Shown one piece after another: positions 18,505 through 27,892 of a stretch of 59,717 nucleotides of DNA; the stretch's first letter is position 1, and every line of letters begins with the position of its first letter. The notes below the pieces were generated by a model, which was not told the origin of the DNA, searched no databases, and saw nothing but the letters and a program-made list of their open reading frames with translations. This stretch comes from a virus (taxonomy: Duplodnaviria; Caudoviricetes), in IMG/VR virus record IMGVR_UViG_3300024331_000182, positions 1-59,717 of that record, one strand, 5' to 3'. The translations under genes were made by a program, and so were the position numbers.

Positions 18505-18963
18505 TCAGGACACCTGTCCCGCCAGCGTGACCTCGGCCGAGCCGGGCAGCATGGTGATGATCAGCGGGCGGCAGACGGTGCAGGACGGGATGGACGCATG
18601 ACAGTGGCCGCCTGGGCACGGCGGGATATCGTCGTCCGCCGCGTGATCCGGCCCCAGCAGCGGGTGCGCCCCCCGGTAAAGCGGGTGCCGCGCGTCGGCC
18701 GTGGAGTCACGCCAGACCCTGCACCTGCCCGGCTCCTCGGGGCACGCCTCGTTCTCGTGACCGCCGGGGCAGGCGTTGGCCATGGCCGCGTGGTCGTGAT
18801 CTTCTGAGCAGCAGCCCGCGTCCGGCGCGCAGGCGAGGTTGGCGTCTATGTCGGAATGGGGGCACTCGTCGTGGTGCTCCCCCAGGGTAAGGAGGTGTTC
18901 CGGCGGGCAGGTGCACTCCAGGAAGACCTGGGTCATGCAGCCGGCGCACTGAACCTGGATCAA
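18505..18963 (-). CDS. Cys/His-rich hypothetical protein
   Basis: 15 Cys and 12 His in 152 aa; TTG start behind GGAAGG; stop abuts next ATG. Confidence 0.6.
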   Translation of the reverse strand: MIQVQCAGCMTQVFLECTCPPEHLLTLGEHHDECPHSDIDANLACAPDAGCCSEDHDHAAMANACPGGHENEACPEEPGRCRVWRDSTADARHPLYRGAHPLLGPDHAADDDIPPCPGGHCHASIPSCTVCRPLIITMLPGSAEVTLAGQVS

Positions 18964-19080
18964 GGCGGTCGCGGCCTTCCGGGAGAATTAACCTCCCGGC
19001 TCACTCGCTCGCAGAGCGCCGAAGTGCCACAGGCTTAGCGCCAGGTTACCAGCCGCCCTCGTGACTGGTTACCCCCGTCA

Positions 19081-19174
19081 GGGCACGGACGCAGGCCATC
19101 GCGCCAGAATTGTTCCCGGGCAGTGGACGGGAACAGCTCCGGCCCGTCCGTGCCCTTCCGGCAGCTACGGCCGC
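19081..19174 (-). promoter_or_regulatory. Structured leader with AGC/NGG module and competing inverted repeat
   Basis: CCGT AGC TGCC GGAAG GGCA CGG ACGG; 11-bp inverted repeat 19081-19091/19145-19155; 8-bp inverted repeat 19111-19118/19128-19135. Confidence 0.5.
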
Positions 19175-19189
19175 ATACTTCCCGTTAAC

Positions 19190-19762
19190 CTACCAGCCGG
19201 CTGCCGGCATACCGGGGTTTGCCCAGATACCGCGCCGGGCGTCGGCCCAGTCGTCCAGGACCGGCAGCCAGGACCGGGGAGGCGGTCCTTCCAGGTTGGC
19301 GCCGATAACCACAGCGCCGGACGCCGCGCCGCGCCAGACCGCCGCCTCGATCCGGGCCTGGATCTCCGGGTCCCGGGCCACCCGGTTAAACCAGGTGACC
19401 GAGGCGTTCCCGTATGAGGGCCAGTCCTCCGCATCCGCGATATAGGCGTCCAGCGCGACCGAGCGGGCGGCGATGACGTACTCGGGCACCCGGTCGAAGC
19501 CAGTGACGTCCAGGCCGAACAAGTCCCGGGCGATGAGCATCTTGCTGCCCGGCCCGCAGCCGATATCCAGGAACCGGAGGTCTCCCCTGATCTCCGGCGC
19601 CTCGGGCAGGGCCTCGGCCAGCAGCGCGATGAAGGCCGGGATGCTGAACGGCATCCAGGGCGTGTACCGGCGGTCGGTCTCAGGGACCTTGCGCATCCAC
19701 TGCTGATCGAGCTGGGCAGCCCGGCGCAGGGTCGCGGCCACAGTCCCCGCGCGGGTGCTCAC
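19190..19762 (-). CDS. Class I SAM-dependent methyltransferase
   Basis: FLDIGCGPG motif I, VTGFD motif II. Confidence 0.8.
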   Translation of the reverse strand: MSTRAGTVAATLRRAAQLDQQWMRKVPETDRRYTPWMPFSIPAFIALLAEALPEAPEIRGDLRFLDIGCGPGSKMLIARDLFGLDVTGFDRVPEYVIAARSVALDAYIADAEDWPSYGNASVTWFNRVARDPEIQARIEAAVWRGAASGAVVIGANLEGPPPRSWLPVLDDWADARRGIWANPGMPAAGW

Positions 19763-19950
19763 TCCCGGCCCGGCTGGCTAGCTGGCTCCGGTTTCTGGTC
19801 CTCCCGTTCCGGAAGTGCCTGCCCCGGCTTCGCTTTCGCCCAGTCAGGCTTCTCACCGCCCCGGGTCTCTGTCGCAGGCTGCGCCGGCTCTCCTGACGCA
19901 TTGCCGTCAGTCATTACTCGCTCCTCCTCGCGTCCCCCACGGATCGCGGG

Positions 19951-20295
19951 TCAGTCCAGCCACTTCAGGACATAGTACGGACGATTCAGGTTCTCCGGGC
20001 CGTAACGGCGCGATCCGATTGCGTATGCGCAGGATTCACCCAGGCCCGGGTACGCGCTGAACCGGATGACCGCGCCGCACCACCAGTTGCCCGTCCCGTC
20101 ACTGTAGTCCCGGCCGCCGGTCACGGTGACGGCCGGGCTGGCGTCGCCACGGCCGTACATGTCCAGGGCCGATTCGTCCACCCAGATTTCCGGATCGCCC
20201 AGCTTGCCCGGCGACTCGTCCGGTATCCACCACGGCCCGTGCGCGCCCTGGCGGTCCCAGTGGTGAACGGGAACTTCGGCCACGGCAGCGGTCAC
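19951..20295 (-). CDS. Hypothetical protein
   Basis: Co-oriented ORF with protein-like composition. Confidence 0.5.
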   Translation of the reverse strand: MTAAVAEVPVHHWDRQGAHGPWWIPDESPGKLGDPEIWVDESALDMYGRGDASPAVTVTGGRDYSDGTGNWWCGAVIRFSAYPGLGESCAYAIGSRRYGPENLNRPYYVLKWLD

Positions 20296-20311
20296 CCGGA
20301 CAGGCTACCCG

Positions 20312-21385
20312 TCAGCCCAGCAGCCACTCAGGATTCCGCATAGTCCAGCGGACGGTCCGCTCCAGGCTGGCCCGGAATCCCACAGGCGGCTTCCAGCCCA
20401 GCGCGTGGATCTTGCCCGGGTCCAGGCCGTAATGGGGATCGTGACCGGGCCTCGTCCGGTGGAAGTCCTCCAGCCGGTACCGGAGCGGCATCCCGGCGGC
20501 CTCCGCGATCATCTGCGCCAGCTCCAGGTTGTCGAGCCGGTCGGCCGAGGCGATGTTGTACCGGTCTGGCACGCTGGCCTTGGCCGCGCCCGGGATGGCG
20601 TGTCCCGGGAAGGCCGCCGGGCGGCCCTGCTTCAGCAGGTAGATCACCGCGTCGGCCATGTTCCGTGCGTGGAGGTAGTGCCTGGACCCGATGCTGCCGG
20701 GCGACCCGTGGATGACCGCCTCCTCGCCGCACAGGACCGCGCGCAGTACCTTCGGGACGTACTTTTCCGGGTGCTGCCGCTCCCCGATCAGGTTCATCGT
20801 GTTGGTGATGACCACCGGCACGCCGTAGGTCCGCCAGTACGAGATCGACACGGCCTCCTGGGCGGCCTTGGACGCGGCGTAGGGATTGCTGGGCAGGACC
20901 GGCGCCCACTCCCGGTGGGGGCGGCCGGGACCAGCCGGGCCGTACACCTCATCGGTACTGATCATGACGACGGCTTCCGGCCTGAGCTTGCGGGCCAGCT
21001 CCAGGGTGTTGAGCGCGACCGCGAAGTTGTTCTCGCAGAAGGCCACCGGGTCCGTGATCGAGGTGTCGACGTGGGACTGGCTGGCCATCGCGATGATGTA
21101 CTTGAGGTCGCCGTGGCCGCCGATCGCGTGCATGGCCTGCTCGCTGAACGGGGCGGTGAGGTCGTGCGTGATCACCTGCACCCGGTGCGACCACGGGGTA
21201 GCCAGGGCAGCGACCGTGCCCGTCCCGGACGGGTCCCCGGCGAGCACCTGGGCGATCCGGTCGGTGGTGCCCCGGTGCCGGAATGAGTCGGTGGCCACGA
21301 CATCCCAGTCCGTCGTGCTCAGCACGTGCTCAAGAAAATGATGGCCCGCGAAGCCTCCCGCACCCGACAAAAGTATCCGGGTCAT
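20312..21385 (-). CDS. rmlB: dTDP-glucose 4,6-dehydratase-like (RmlB family)
   Basis: GAGGFAG, ASQSHVDTSI, STDEVYG, PSNPYAASK, QHPEKYVP, RPGHD..Y.LD. Confidence 0.85.
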   Translation of the reverse strand: MTRILLSGAGGFAGHHFLEHVLSTTDWDVVATDSFRHRGTTDRIAQVLAGDPSGTGTVAALATPWSHRVQVITHDLTAPFSEQAMHAIGGHGDLKYIIAMASQSHVDTSITDPVAFCENNFAVALNTLELARKLRPEAVVMISTDEVYGPAGPGRPHREWAPVLPSNPYAASKAAQEAVSISYWRTYGVPVVITNTMNLIGERQHPEKYVPKVLRAVLCGEEAVIHGSPGSIGSRHYLHARNMADAVIYLLKQGRPAAFPGHAIPGAAKASVPDRYNIASADRLDNLELAQMIAEAAGMPLRYRLEDFHRTRPGHDPHYGLDPGKIHALGWKPPVGFRASLERTVRWTMRNPEWLLG

Positions 21386-21421
21386 GATGCACGGCCTCCG
21401 CGAGAGCACTGGGTCTGGTAC

Positions 21422-21461
21422 CGCAGCTCCCCGCGCCCACGAGATGAGCGGAGGCCGTGCG
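21422..21461 (-). promoter_or_regulatory. AGC/NGG leader hairpin
   Basis: CGCA CGG CCTC CGCTCA-loop-TGGGCG C GGGG AGC TGCG upstream of the dehydratase gene. Confidence 0.5.
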
Positions 21462-21618
21462 CGAAGACCAAGGATACCGTGAGGCCCCGGCGCCTGCTCC
21501 CGGCCCCGGGGCCTCCTCACCCAGCATCACCAGAGATGACCGGGACGCCAGCATGGAATCCCGGCAGGCCCACCGTACCGCCTTCCGCTCCCGGCAGCCA
21601 TGCCGTTATGGTGACCGG

Positions 21619-22260
21619 ATGAGACAGACGAGACTAAGACGCAGGACCGGGATGGCGCTGGCGGCCGGGCTCCTGGCAGTGACCGGGATGATCGCCGGAG
21701 CTGGCGCGGCCAGGGCGAACACGCCCCAGATCACGTGCAATGCCAGCAATCCGAGCCTCTGCATGAACCGGTCCGGCGGCGGCACCGGGAACGGGACGCA
21801 CGTCATCACGTGGTTCCATGACTTCGACAACAACGAGGACATCATCCTCGTCCCGATCTCGAACTTCGTGTGCGGGAGATACGGCACCGTCCAGAACAAC
21901 CAGAACGGTGACGGCTGTGTCGGCCCGTTCACCAACGGCTCCGGCCTGAACTCCCGCTACCAGGGCGTGCAGCTCTACAAGCTCCAGCGAAACGGGACGG
22001 GATCGTGCGTGATCCCCGACAGCTCGCAGTTCGGTGCCGTGCTCGGCGGCTGCACGGCCAGCGGGTACGTATATGCCTGGAGCGACGCGGCCTACCTCGT
22101 CAACGTGTTCGTCTCCAACCAGGCGTACGCCCAGGGCTTCGGCACGAACGACCCCGCCTTCCTGCAAGGGCAGAACACGACCGGGCTCCAGCTCACGTAC
22201 TCAGCTCCGCACCAGGCTGGCCGGGCTGGCATCGACCAGTGGTTCGAGGTATTCAGCTAG
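21619..22260 (+). CDS. Secreted ricin-B-like beta-trefoil protein
   Basis: Arg-rich N-region and hydrophobic signal ending AARA; SLCMN...GT.VI.W, SCV...LGGC, terminal DQW. Confidence 0.55.
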   Translation: MRQTRLRRRTGMALAAGLLAVTGMIAGAGAARANTPQITCNASNPSLCMNRSGGGTGNGTHVITWFHDFDNNEDIILVPISNFVCGRYGTVQNNQNGDGCVGPFTNGSGLNSRYQGVQLYKLQRNGTGSCVIPDSSQFGAVLGGCTASGYVYAWSDAAYLVNVFVSNQAYAQGFGTNDPAFLQGQNTTGLQLTYSAPHQAGRAGIDQWFEVFS

Positions 22261-22321
22261 GCCGTCCCGGGACAGGGGCCTGATCTTCCGTCCCCGGCAT
22301 CCCCGCCGTTAGTGTAATCGC

Positions 22322-22717
22322 ATGAACGGAACCGATATAACACGCAGCGTGATGGAAAATCTTGATCAGGGCGTATCCCAGCACCGGTCCGTAATCAAGT
22401 TCTCCCTGCCCGGCTACCTGGACCACACCGAGATCGCGAGGTACCTGGCCGCCCTCGTCCGTCACCTGAAAATGGAGCTGGCGGTGCCCGGCATCGTCAC
22501 CGGGTGGTGCGAGCACGGCCTCGGCGGGTGGGCGCACATCACCACCTCGTGCATCGACTTCATGGAGTACCGCCTGGACGGCCTGGCGCTCTGCCACGTC
22601 GACATCTACTCGTGCCGCGCCTACGACCTGGCCGCCGCCGCCGGGTTCACCGCCGGGCACTTCGGGGTCCGCCCGGGGGAGCTGAAGGCGTTCCGGGTCG
22701 TCCTGGAACCCGCGTGA
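22322..22717 (+). CDS. S-adenosylmethionine decarboxylase proenzyme-like
   Basis: GLGGWAHITTSCI...HVDIYSCRAYD fits the SpeD fold; cleavage motif TTS instead of ES. Confidence 0.6.
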   Translation: MNGTDITRSVMENLDQGVSQHRSVIKFSLPGYLDHTEIARYLAALVRHLKMELAVPGIVTGWCEHGLGGWAHITTSCIDFMEYRLDGLALCHVDIYSCRAYDLAAAAGFTAGHFGVRPGELKAFRVVLEPA

Positions 22718-23322
22718 CCCTGGCGCTGGCCGCGATCCCGGTCCTGCTGGTCGTCGCGGCGTCCTGGAGCTACCTGCGCGACGTCGCGCGGCCGGCCGGC
22801 GACCCCCGCCGTGCCGACCCCCGGCTGGCTTCCTGGACCGTCTGGGCCTTCTCCATGGGCGTCGCGGCGGCCGGTGCCGGGGTGTCCGGGCAGTGGCCCG
22901 GGATGCTGCTGGCGGCGGCCGGCTCGGCGACGGCGGTTACCATCCTGGCGGCCGGCTGGCGGCACGGTGACCGCGAGGCCGGCAGGCTGGACGCGGCCGG
23001 GCTCGCGGCCGGGCTCGCCGGCGTCGCGCTGCTGGCCGCCGGGCTGCCGGGCTGGGCGGCGGTGGCCGTGTCGGTGCTGGCCGACCTGGCCGCGTTCCTT
23101 CCCACCTTCGTGAACGGGTGGCGCGACGGCGAGGAGCCGGCCGTGCCCTGGGCGGTGATAACGGCGGCGGCTGCCGTCACCCTGGTCCTGGCCGGGCCGG
23201 CCGTCGCGGCTGCCGGGCTGATCTTCCCGGCGTACGAGCTGGCGGCCTGCGCTCTGATGACCGTCCTCGCGGTCGCCGGGAGGGCGCGGCGCGGCAGCAC
23301 GGCCCCCGCCGCCGGGCAGTGA
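22714..23322 (+). CDS. Multi-pass membrane protein (PQ-loop-like duplication)
   Basis: SYLRDV...P.LASW.VW and FLPT......EP..PW halves; six to seven hydrophobic segments; GTGA coupling. Confidence 0.55.
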   Translation: MTLALAAIPVLLVVAASWSYLRDVARPAGDPRRADPRLASWTVWAFSMGVAAAGAGVSGQWPGMLLAAAGSATAVTILAAGWRHGDREAGRLDAAGLAAGLAGVALLAAGLPGWAAVAVSVLADLAAFLPTFVNGWRDGEEPAVPWAVITAAAAVTLVLAGPAVAAAGLIFPAYELAACALMTVLAVAGRARRGSTAPAAGQ

Positions 23323-23397
23323 TCGGAGCGGGAGCCGCCCCGCCGCCGGTTAGTGACAGCCAGGCGGCCGGATCATGACGCGAGTTACCCTGGCCCC

Positions 23398-24558
23398 ATG
23401 ACACTGCCAGCATCAGCGTTCCCGCTCCGCGTCTCCGGGGCGAAGATCACGCGGGCCGACAACGGCCAGGCCATCCGGCTCGCCGGGGTGAACTGGGGCG
23501 GCGCCTACCAGGACAACCACGTCCCGTCCGGTCTGCGCGAGCGGCCCCGGAACGAGATCTACGACTGGATCGTAACCCGGGGATTCAACCACGTCCGGTT
23601 CCCGTTCGCCCTCGGCTCGTTCGTCACGAACGCCGGGAACCTGGTAACCGCCCCGGCCGACCCCGCCCGCCTGGCCGCCAACCCGGATCTGCGGGGGCTG
23701 AGCCCATGGGGCATTTACAAGGTCATGGTGGCCGAGATGACGGCCGCCGGGCTCTACGTCGTGCTGAACAAGCACCTCAGTTACCCGGGGTGGTGCTGTA
23801 GCAACGCCGACAACAACGGGCTCTGGTACAACGACAACTGGCCGTCGAGCACCTTCACCAACACCTGGGTCATGATCGCGCGGCAGTTCGCGGACAACCC
23901 CCTGGTCGGGTTCGACCTGCACAACGAGCCGCGCCCGGCCACGGTCGGCGGCGCGGTCCGGAACCCCTCCTGGGGCACCGGGGGCAGCGGCAGCTTCCCC
24001 ACCGACTTCCGCCTGATGTACCAGAACACGGCCGGCCGCATCCGCGCTGCCGTGCAGGACGAGGGGTCGGATATCACCCACCTGGTTTTCTGCGAGGGCC
24101 TGTCCTACGCGGGGGACCTGACCGGGTGGGGCGCGAACCCCGTGACAGGGGCGAACATCGTGGCCAGCGCGCACGACTACCCGTGGTTTCACCGCTACGC
24201 CGATAACAGTCCCCAGACCTGGGCGGATTACAGCGCCCAGAACCAGCGTAAGTTCGGGTACCTGGAGACCCGGGGCCTCGCGCCGGTCTGGATCAGTGAG
24301 TGCGGGTCCAACACCGACGCCAGCCGCGCCGACTTCAATCACGGGTGGTTCCCGAACTTCCGGCGCTGGGCCGCCGGGAACAGCTCGCACTGGTGCTGGT
24401 GGACGCTGGACGCGACCGAGCAGAAGGGCACCGAGCCGTCCACGAACAAGGTCAAGATAGGGGATGGCCAGGGTGAGGGATTCGGCCTGCTGCACGGCCA
24501 GGACTGGGGCGGCGAGCAGTCCGACGTGCTGGCTCTGCTGGCCCTGATCATGCCGTGA
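23398..24558 (+). CDS. Glycoside hydrolase family 5
   Basis: LAGVNWGG, GFNHVRFPF, DLHNEP (acid/base), AHDY, PVWISECG (nucleophile), WCWW. Confidence 0.9.
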   Translation: MTLPASAFPLRVSGAKITRADNGQAIRLAGVNWGGAYQDNHVPSGLRERPRNEIYDWIVTRGFNHVRFPFALGSFVTNAGNLVTAPADPARLAANPDLRGLSPWGIYKVMVAEMTAAGLYVVLNKHLSYPGWCCSNADNNGLWYNDNWPSSTFTNTWVMIARQFADNPLVGFDLHNEPRPATVGGAVRNPSWGTGGSGSFPTDFRLMYQNTAGRIRAAVQDEGSDITHLVFCEGLSYAGDLTGWGANPVTGANIVASAHDYPWFHRYADNSPQTWADYSAQNQRKFGYLETRGLAPVWISECGSNTDASRADFNHGWFPNFRRWAAGNSSHWCWWTLDATEQKGTEPSTNKVKIGDGQGEGFGLLHGQDWGGEQSDVLALLALIMP

Positions 24559-24752
24559 GCGGCGGTGCCGCCGCCCGGCCGGGACACGGTGGTCACTTCC
24601 CGGTCGTTTTGCTGGTCCTGAGTTTACCCCCGGATACGACAGCGCCCCGGCGTGCCAGGTTATCCGTTAGGAGCCTTGCCGGGGCTACTGCCGAAAGGAT
24701 GGTGCATCATGCCCGCCCGCAGGCGTACAGCCCCAGGATACCCAGTCCGTAA

Positions 24753-25773
24753 TCAGAACAACCCACGGTAAGCACCGGCCCACCGGGTCCAGTGCTCCTC
24801 GATCGTGTGCCGGGCGGCCATGGCCCGCGCCGCCTCGCCCATCTTCGCGCGCAGCCCGTCGTCGCGGGCCAGCTCGCTCATGTAGCTGAGCCACTCGTGG
24901 TCGTATTTCACCAGGAAGCCGTTGACGCCGTGGTCGATCACGTCCCGGTACGCCTCGCAGTCGGACGCGATGGCCGGGATGCCCCGGGCACCGTACTCGA
25001 TGGCCTTGATCGCGGACTTGGACCGGCTGAACGGGGTGGGCCACAGCGGGCACAGGCCGATGTCGAAGTCGATCGAGCTGAAGAACTTGTCCGGGTTGTC
25101 GTTGACCTGCACCCAGGGCCGGAAGAACATCCGCTCCCAGGGGGCCTTGATGGTCTCCCGGTAGTCGGTGGCGTTGAGCTGGAAGTCCCAGTCCGGGAAC
25201 CGTTTCAGGAACCGGCGCACCGGGTCGGCCACCTGGCCGATGTCGATGCCGTGGCTGGACGCGCCCATCCAGCCGACCCGCCGCCTGGCCCGCATCTGGT
25301 GCCGGGGCAGGTCCAGCATCCGGGCCGGGATGCAGTTGGGGAGGACCGCGACGTTCGGGTTGAACTCGCGCATCACCTCGGCAAGCGGCTCGGTGCTGAC
25401 GGTCACCAGGTCGGCCACCTCGGCCGCGTGGCTCACCGCGTCGCGGACCGCCGGGTCGCCGTAGAGCTGGTAGGCCGCCCAGTTCTCCGGGGTGATCGAG
25501 AACACGTCGTCGTCGGTCTCGTAGATCAGCCTGCTGAACGGGCCGCGCGCCCGGCGCCACACCTCCAGCCCGTCATGCTTGTTCCAGCGCTGGGCCACGA
25601 TCGCGTCGTACCCCTGGAGCATGGACAGCGTGATGGCGGGCGGGTGGTTGCGGTCACCCGCGTCCAGGTAGGTGACGTCGAACCCGTCGTGCCGCCCCAG
25701 CTCGCCCATCGGGAGCTGCATCCGGTAAAAACGCGCACCCGGACCCGCCGTCGTGCCCGGCGAAGATCTTCAT
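24753..25773 (-). CDS. GT-B (GT4-like) glycosyltransferase with a one-base frameshift in a T5 run near the 5' end
   Basis: GGAGG then ATG 25773 MKIFAGHDGGSGCAF is out of frame by one base with YRMQLP...ETDDD...VGWMG...DIGLCPL...KS.IK.IEY. Confidence 0.8.
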
Positions 25774-25792
25774 TTGTGCAGCTCACCTCCTC

Positions 25793-26041
25793 TCATGCCG
25801 GTTCCCGGCAGGCGCACCCGGGACCGTGGACCCGGGCGCCGAGGGCCGACTGGTAGCAGGTCGCGGCGCTCTCCGGCGGGACGGCGGCGTACCAGACGTG
25901 CACCAGCGGCGTCTCGCTATCCCGGATCATGACCTCGCTGCGGGTGACGGTGAACGGGAACGGCGGCGGGGCCGGGCTGGCCGTGGCGAGCGGGCTGTTC
26001 TCGTCCCGCCAGGTGAACATGGCGTCCCGGTAGAGCGTCAT
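25793..26041 (-). CDS. Hypothetical protein
   Basis: ATGA-coupled ORF. Confidence 0.45.
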   Translation of the reverse strand: MTLYRDAMFTWRDENSPLATASPAPPPFPFTVTRSEVMIRDSETPLVHVWYAAVPPESAATCYQSALGARVHGPGCACREPA

Positions 26042-26376
26042 GACTTGCCGTTACCCGCCCGCCTGGCCTGGTCGGCTATCTGCTGGGCCTGCCCGCGCAC
26101 CGGGATAATCAGGGAGGACCCGGACAGCGAGTCGCGCAGCGCGGCGAAAGTGTCAGCCCAGTCTCCCGCCTCGGCCTTGTCCAGCAGCAGCGTGAGGGTG
26201 GTGGAAGTTGTGCGGATGGTGGCTGCGCCCATCTCGCCATCCGGAGTGGGGACCTTCCCGATCACCAGGTTGGACACGACCTTGGAGAGCAGGATGTTGC
26301 CCTGGTCGAACAGCGGCGGCAGGCCGTCCTGGTCCAGGGCAGGGGCCGGCGTGGCGCGTAGCTGGGGCTGGGTCAT
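26038..26376 (-). CDS. Hypothetical protein
   Basis: AGGAG RBS; coupled to next gene. Confidence 0.55.
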   Translation of the reverse strand: MTQPQLRATPAPALDQDGLPPLFDQGNILLSKVVSNLVIGKVPTPDGEMGAATIRTTSTTLTLLLDKAEAGDWADTFAALRDSLSGSSLIIPVRGQAQQIADQARRAGNGKS

Positions 26377-26385
26377 GGTTGTCTC

Positions 26386-27003
26386 CTATCGGTACAGGCT
26401 GGGCCATACATCGCTGGTTTCGGCGTCGACCCGGACGTGCTCCACCCCGGCCTGCATCCAGGCCCACACCAGGTCCCAGTCCTCGAACTGGCCGGAGTGG
26501 TCCCAGCCCGCGATGTCCAGCAGCTCAGGCCGGTGCATGATCATTGGGGTGCCGACGTTGCCGCAGGCGACCGGGCCGAGGCCGATGACGGACTCGCCGT
26601 GCGGGCCGTGGCTGACCATCCGGGACACGGCGAATCCGGCACCCGGGTTAGCATCGAGCGCGGCAGCCAGCAAGTGGCAGTGCTCCGGCCGCAGCGCGTC
26701 GTCGTCATCGCAGTAGGTGATGTAGTCGCCGATGGCGATCTCGCAGGCGTACGCGCGGGCGTGGTGGCCGTAATGCGGTTCCGGGTCGTGCTCGGGCAGC
26801 TCGCGGTAGTGGAGGTCGCGCCAGCCTTCCAGCCACGGGCTCGCCAGCCGGGCCAGCAGCGTCATGTCCGGCCCGTCGCTGATCACCAGGTGCTCCGTAT
26901 TCGGGTGGCCCTGCTTCTGGACGGACGGGATGCACCGCTCCAGCAGCAGGTCGCGGCGCTGCCAGGTAGGCGTGACGACGGTGACCTTCGGGACGGTGCT
27001 CAT
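26386..27003 (-). CDS. Glycosyltransferase family 2
   Basis: VTVVTPTW, VISDGPD, GDYITYCDDDD, EDWDL. Confidence 0.9.
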   Translation of the reverse strand: MSTVPKVTVVTPTWQRRDLLLERCIPSVQKQGHPNTEHLVISDGPDMTLLARLASPWLEGWRDLHYRELPEHDPEPHYGHHARAYACEIAIGDYITYCDDDDALRPEHCHLLAAALDANPGAGFAVSRMVSHGPHGESVIGLGPVACGNVGTPMIMHRPELLDIAGWDHSGQFEDWDLVWAWMQAGVEHVRVDAETSDVWPSLYR

Positions 27004-27260
27004 CGGCCCAGCTCCTCCAGGGCCTCGTCCGGGAGGTACTGCCGGAGCCTCGGCAGGTCGCAGGTGAACAGGCGGCCAAGGGCTACCGGGTCCGCGTCCG
27101 GGTCACCCGCGCACTGCTCCAGCCGGGCGACGACCGTCAGCAGGTCCAGGACCGGGAGGGCCACCGTGTCACGGCCGTGCGCCTGGAGCCAGGACGCGGC
27201 TGCGCTTGCCCGGGTGCGACCTGTTACCCACTGGTCGGGCATGATTTCCAGCCCGCTCAC
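27000..27260 (-). CDS. Hypothetical protein
   Basis: Coupled on both sides. Confidence 0.5.
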   Translation of the reverse strand: MSGLEIMPDQWVTGRTRASAAASWLQAHGRDTVALPVLDLLTVVARLEQCAGDPDADPVALGRLFTCDLPRLRQYLPDEALEELGR

Positions 27261-27493
27261 GGGATCACCGTCCGGCTATCCAGCACCGGCTTGCCGTCCT
27301 CATCCCGGAATACGAGGTCTATGTCCTTCCCGTCCAGCTCCGGCGGTGCATCATCGTCCTCGAACAGCCACCACCGCATCGCAGGGTTACCTGGGTGCCG
27401 GTCATAAGCCTGGACAGGCCGGAGTCCCGGCGGCCATGGCGGTTTCTTCTCCATCAGCTCGTCCGAGACCAGGACCCAGTACATCGCGCTCAT
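27257..27493 (-). CDS. Small hypothetical protein, paralogue A
   Basis: MSAMYWVL...WPPGLR...W.FEDDDAP..LDGK. Confidence 0.65.
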   Translation of the reverse strand: MSAMYWVLVSDELMEKKPPWPPGLRPVQAYDRHPGNPAMRWWLFEDDDAPPELDGKDIDLVFRDEDGKPVLDSRTVIP

Positions 27494-27759
27494 CCGGTCA
27501 CCTCGGTCCGCGTCCCGATCCCGGGTACGTCGTTGACCATGTGCAGGACCAGCTCCACTCGCTTGCCGTCCAGCCCGGACGGCGCGTCGTCGTCTTCGAC
27601 CAGCCGCCAGGCCGAGGCCGGGGTATGCGGGGCGGACGGCCGGACGGGATACCGGGCCAGCGTTTCCGGGCCGGCCAGCCGCAGCCCCGGCGGCCACGAG
27701 CCGGCACTGCCGTCGTGGAAGATGCTGTCGGTCCCCAGGACCCAGTAGCACGCGCTCAC
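27490..27759 (-). CDS. Small hypothetical protein, paralogue B
   Basis: MSACYWVL...WPPGLR...VEDDDAP..LDGK. Confidence 0.65.
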   Translation of the reverse strand: MSACYWVLGTDSIFHDGSAGSWPPGLRLAGPETLARYPVRPSAPHTPASAWRLVEDDDAPSGLDGKRVELVLHMVNDVPGIGTRTEVTG

Positions 27760-27892
27760 CAGGGCGTCCACATCGCCAGCACGATCGCGCCCGCCATCGC
27801 GAGGCAGGAAACGGCGGCGCAGCCGAGAACGGCCAGGAACCGGGTCATCCTGGCCCTGCTGGTGCGGGCGTACCGCCAGGTCTGGATCATGA

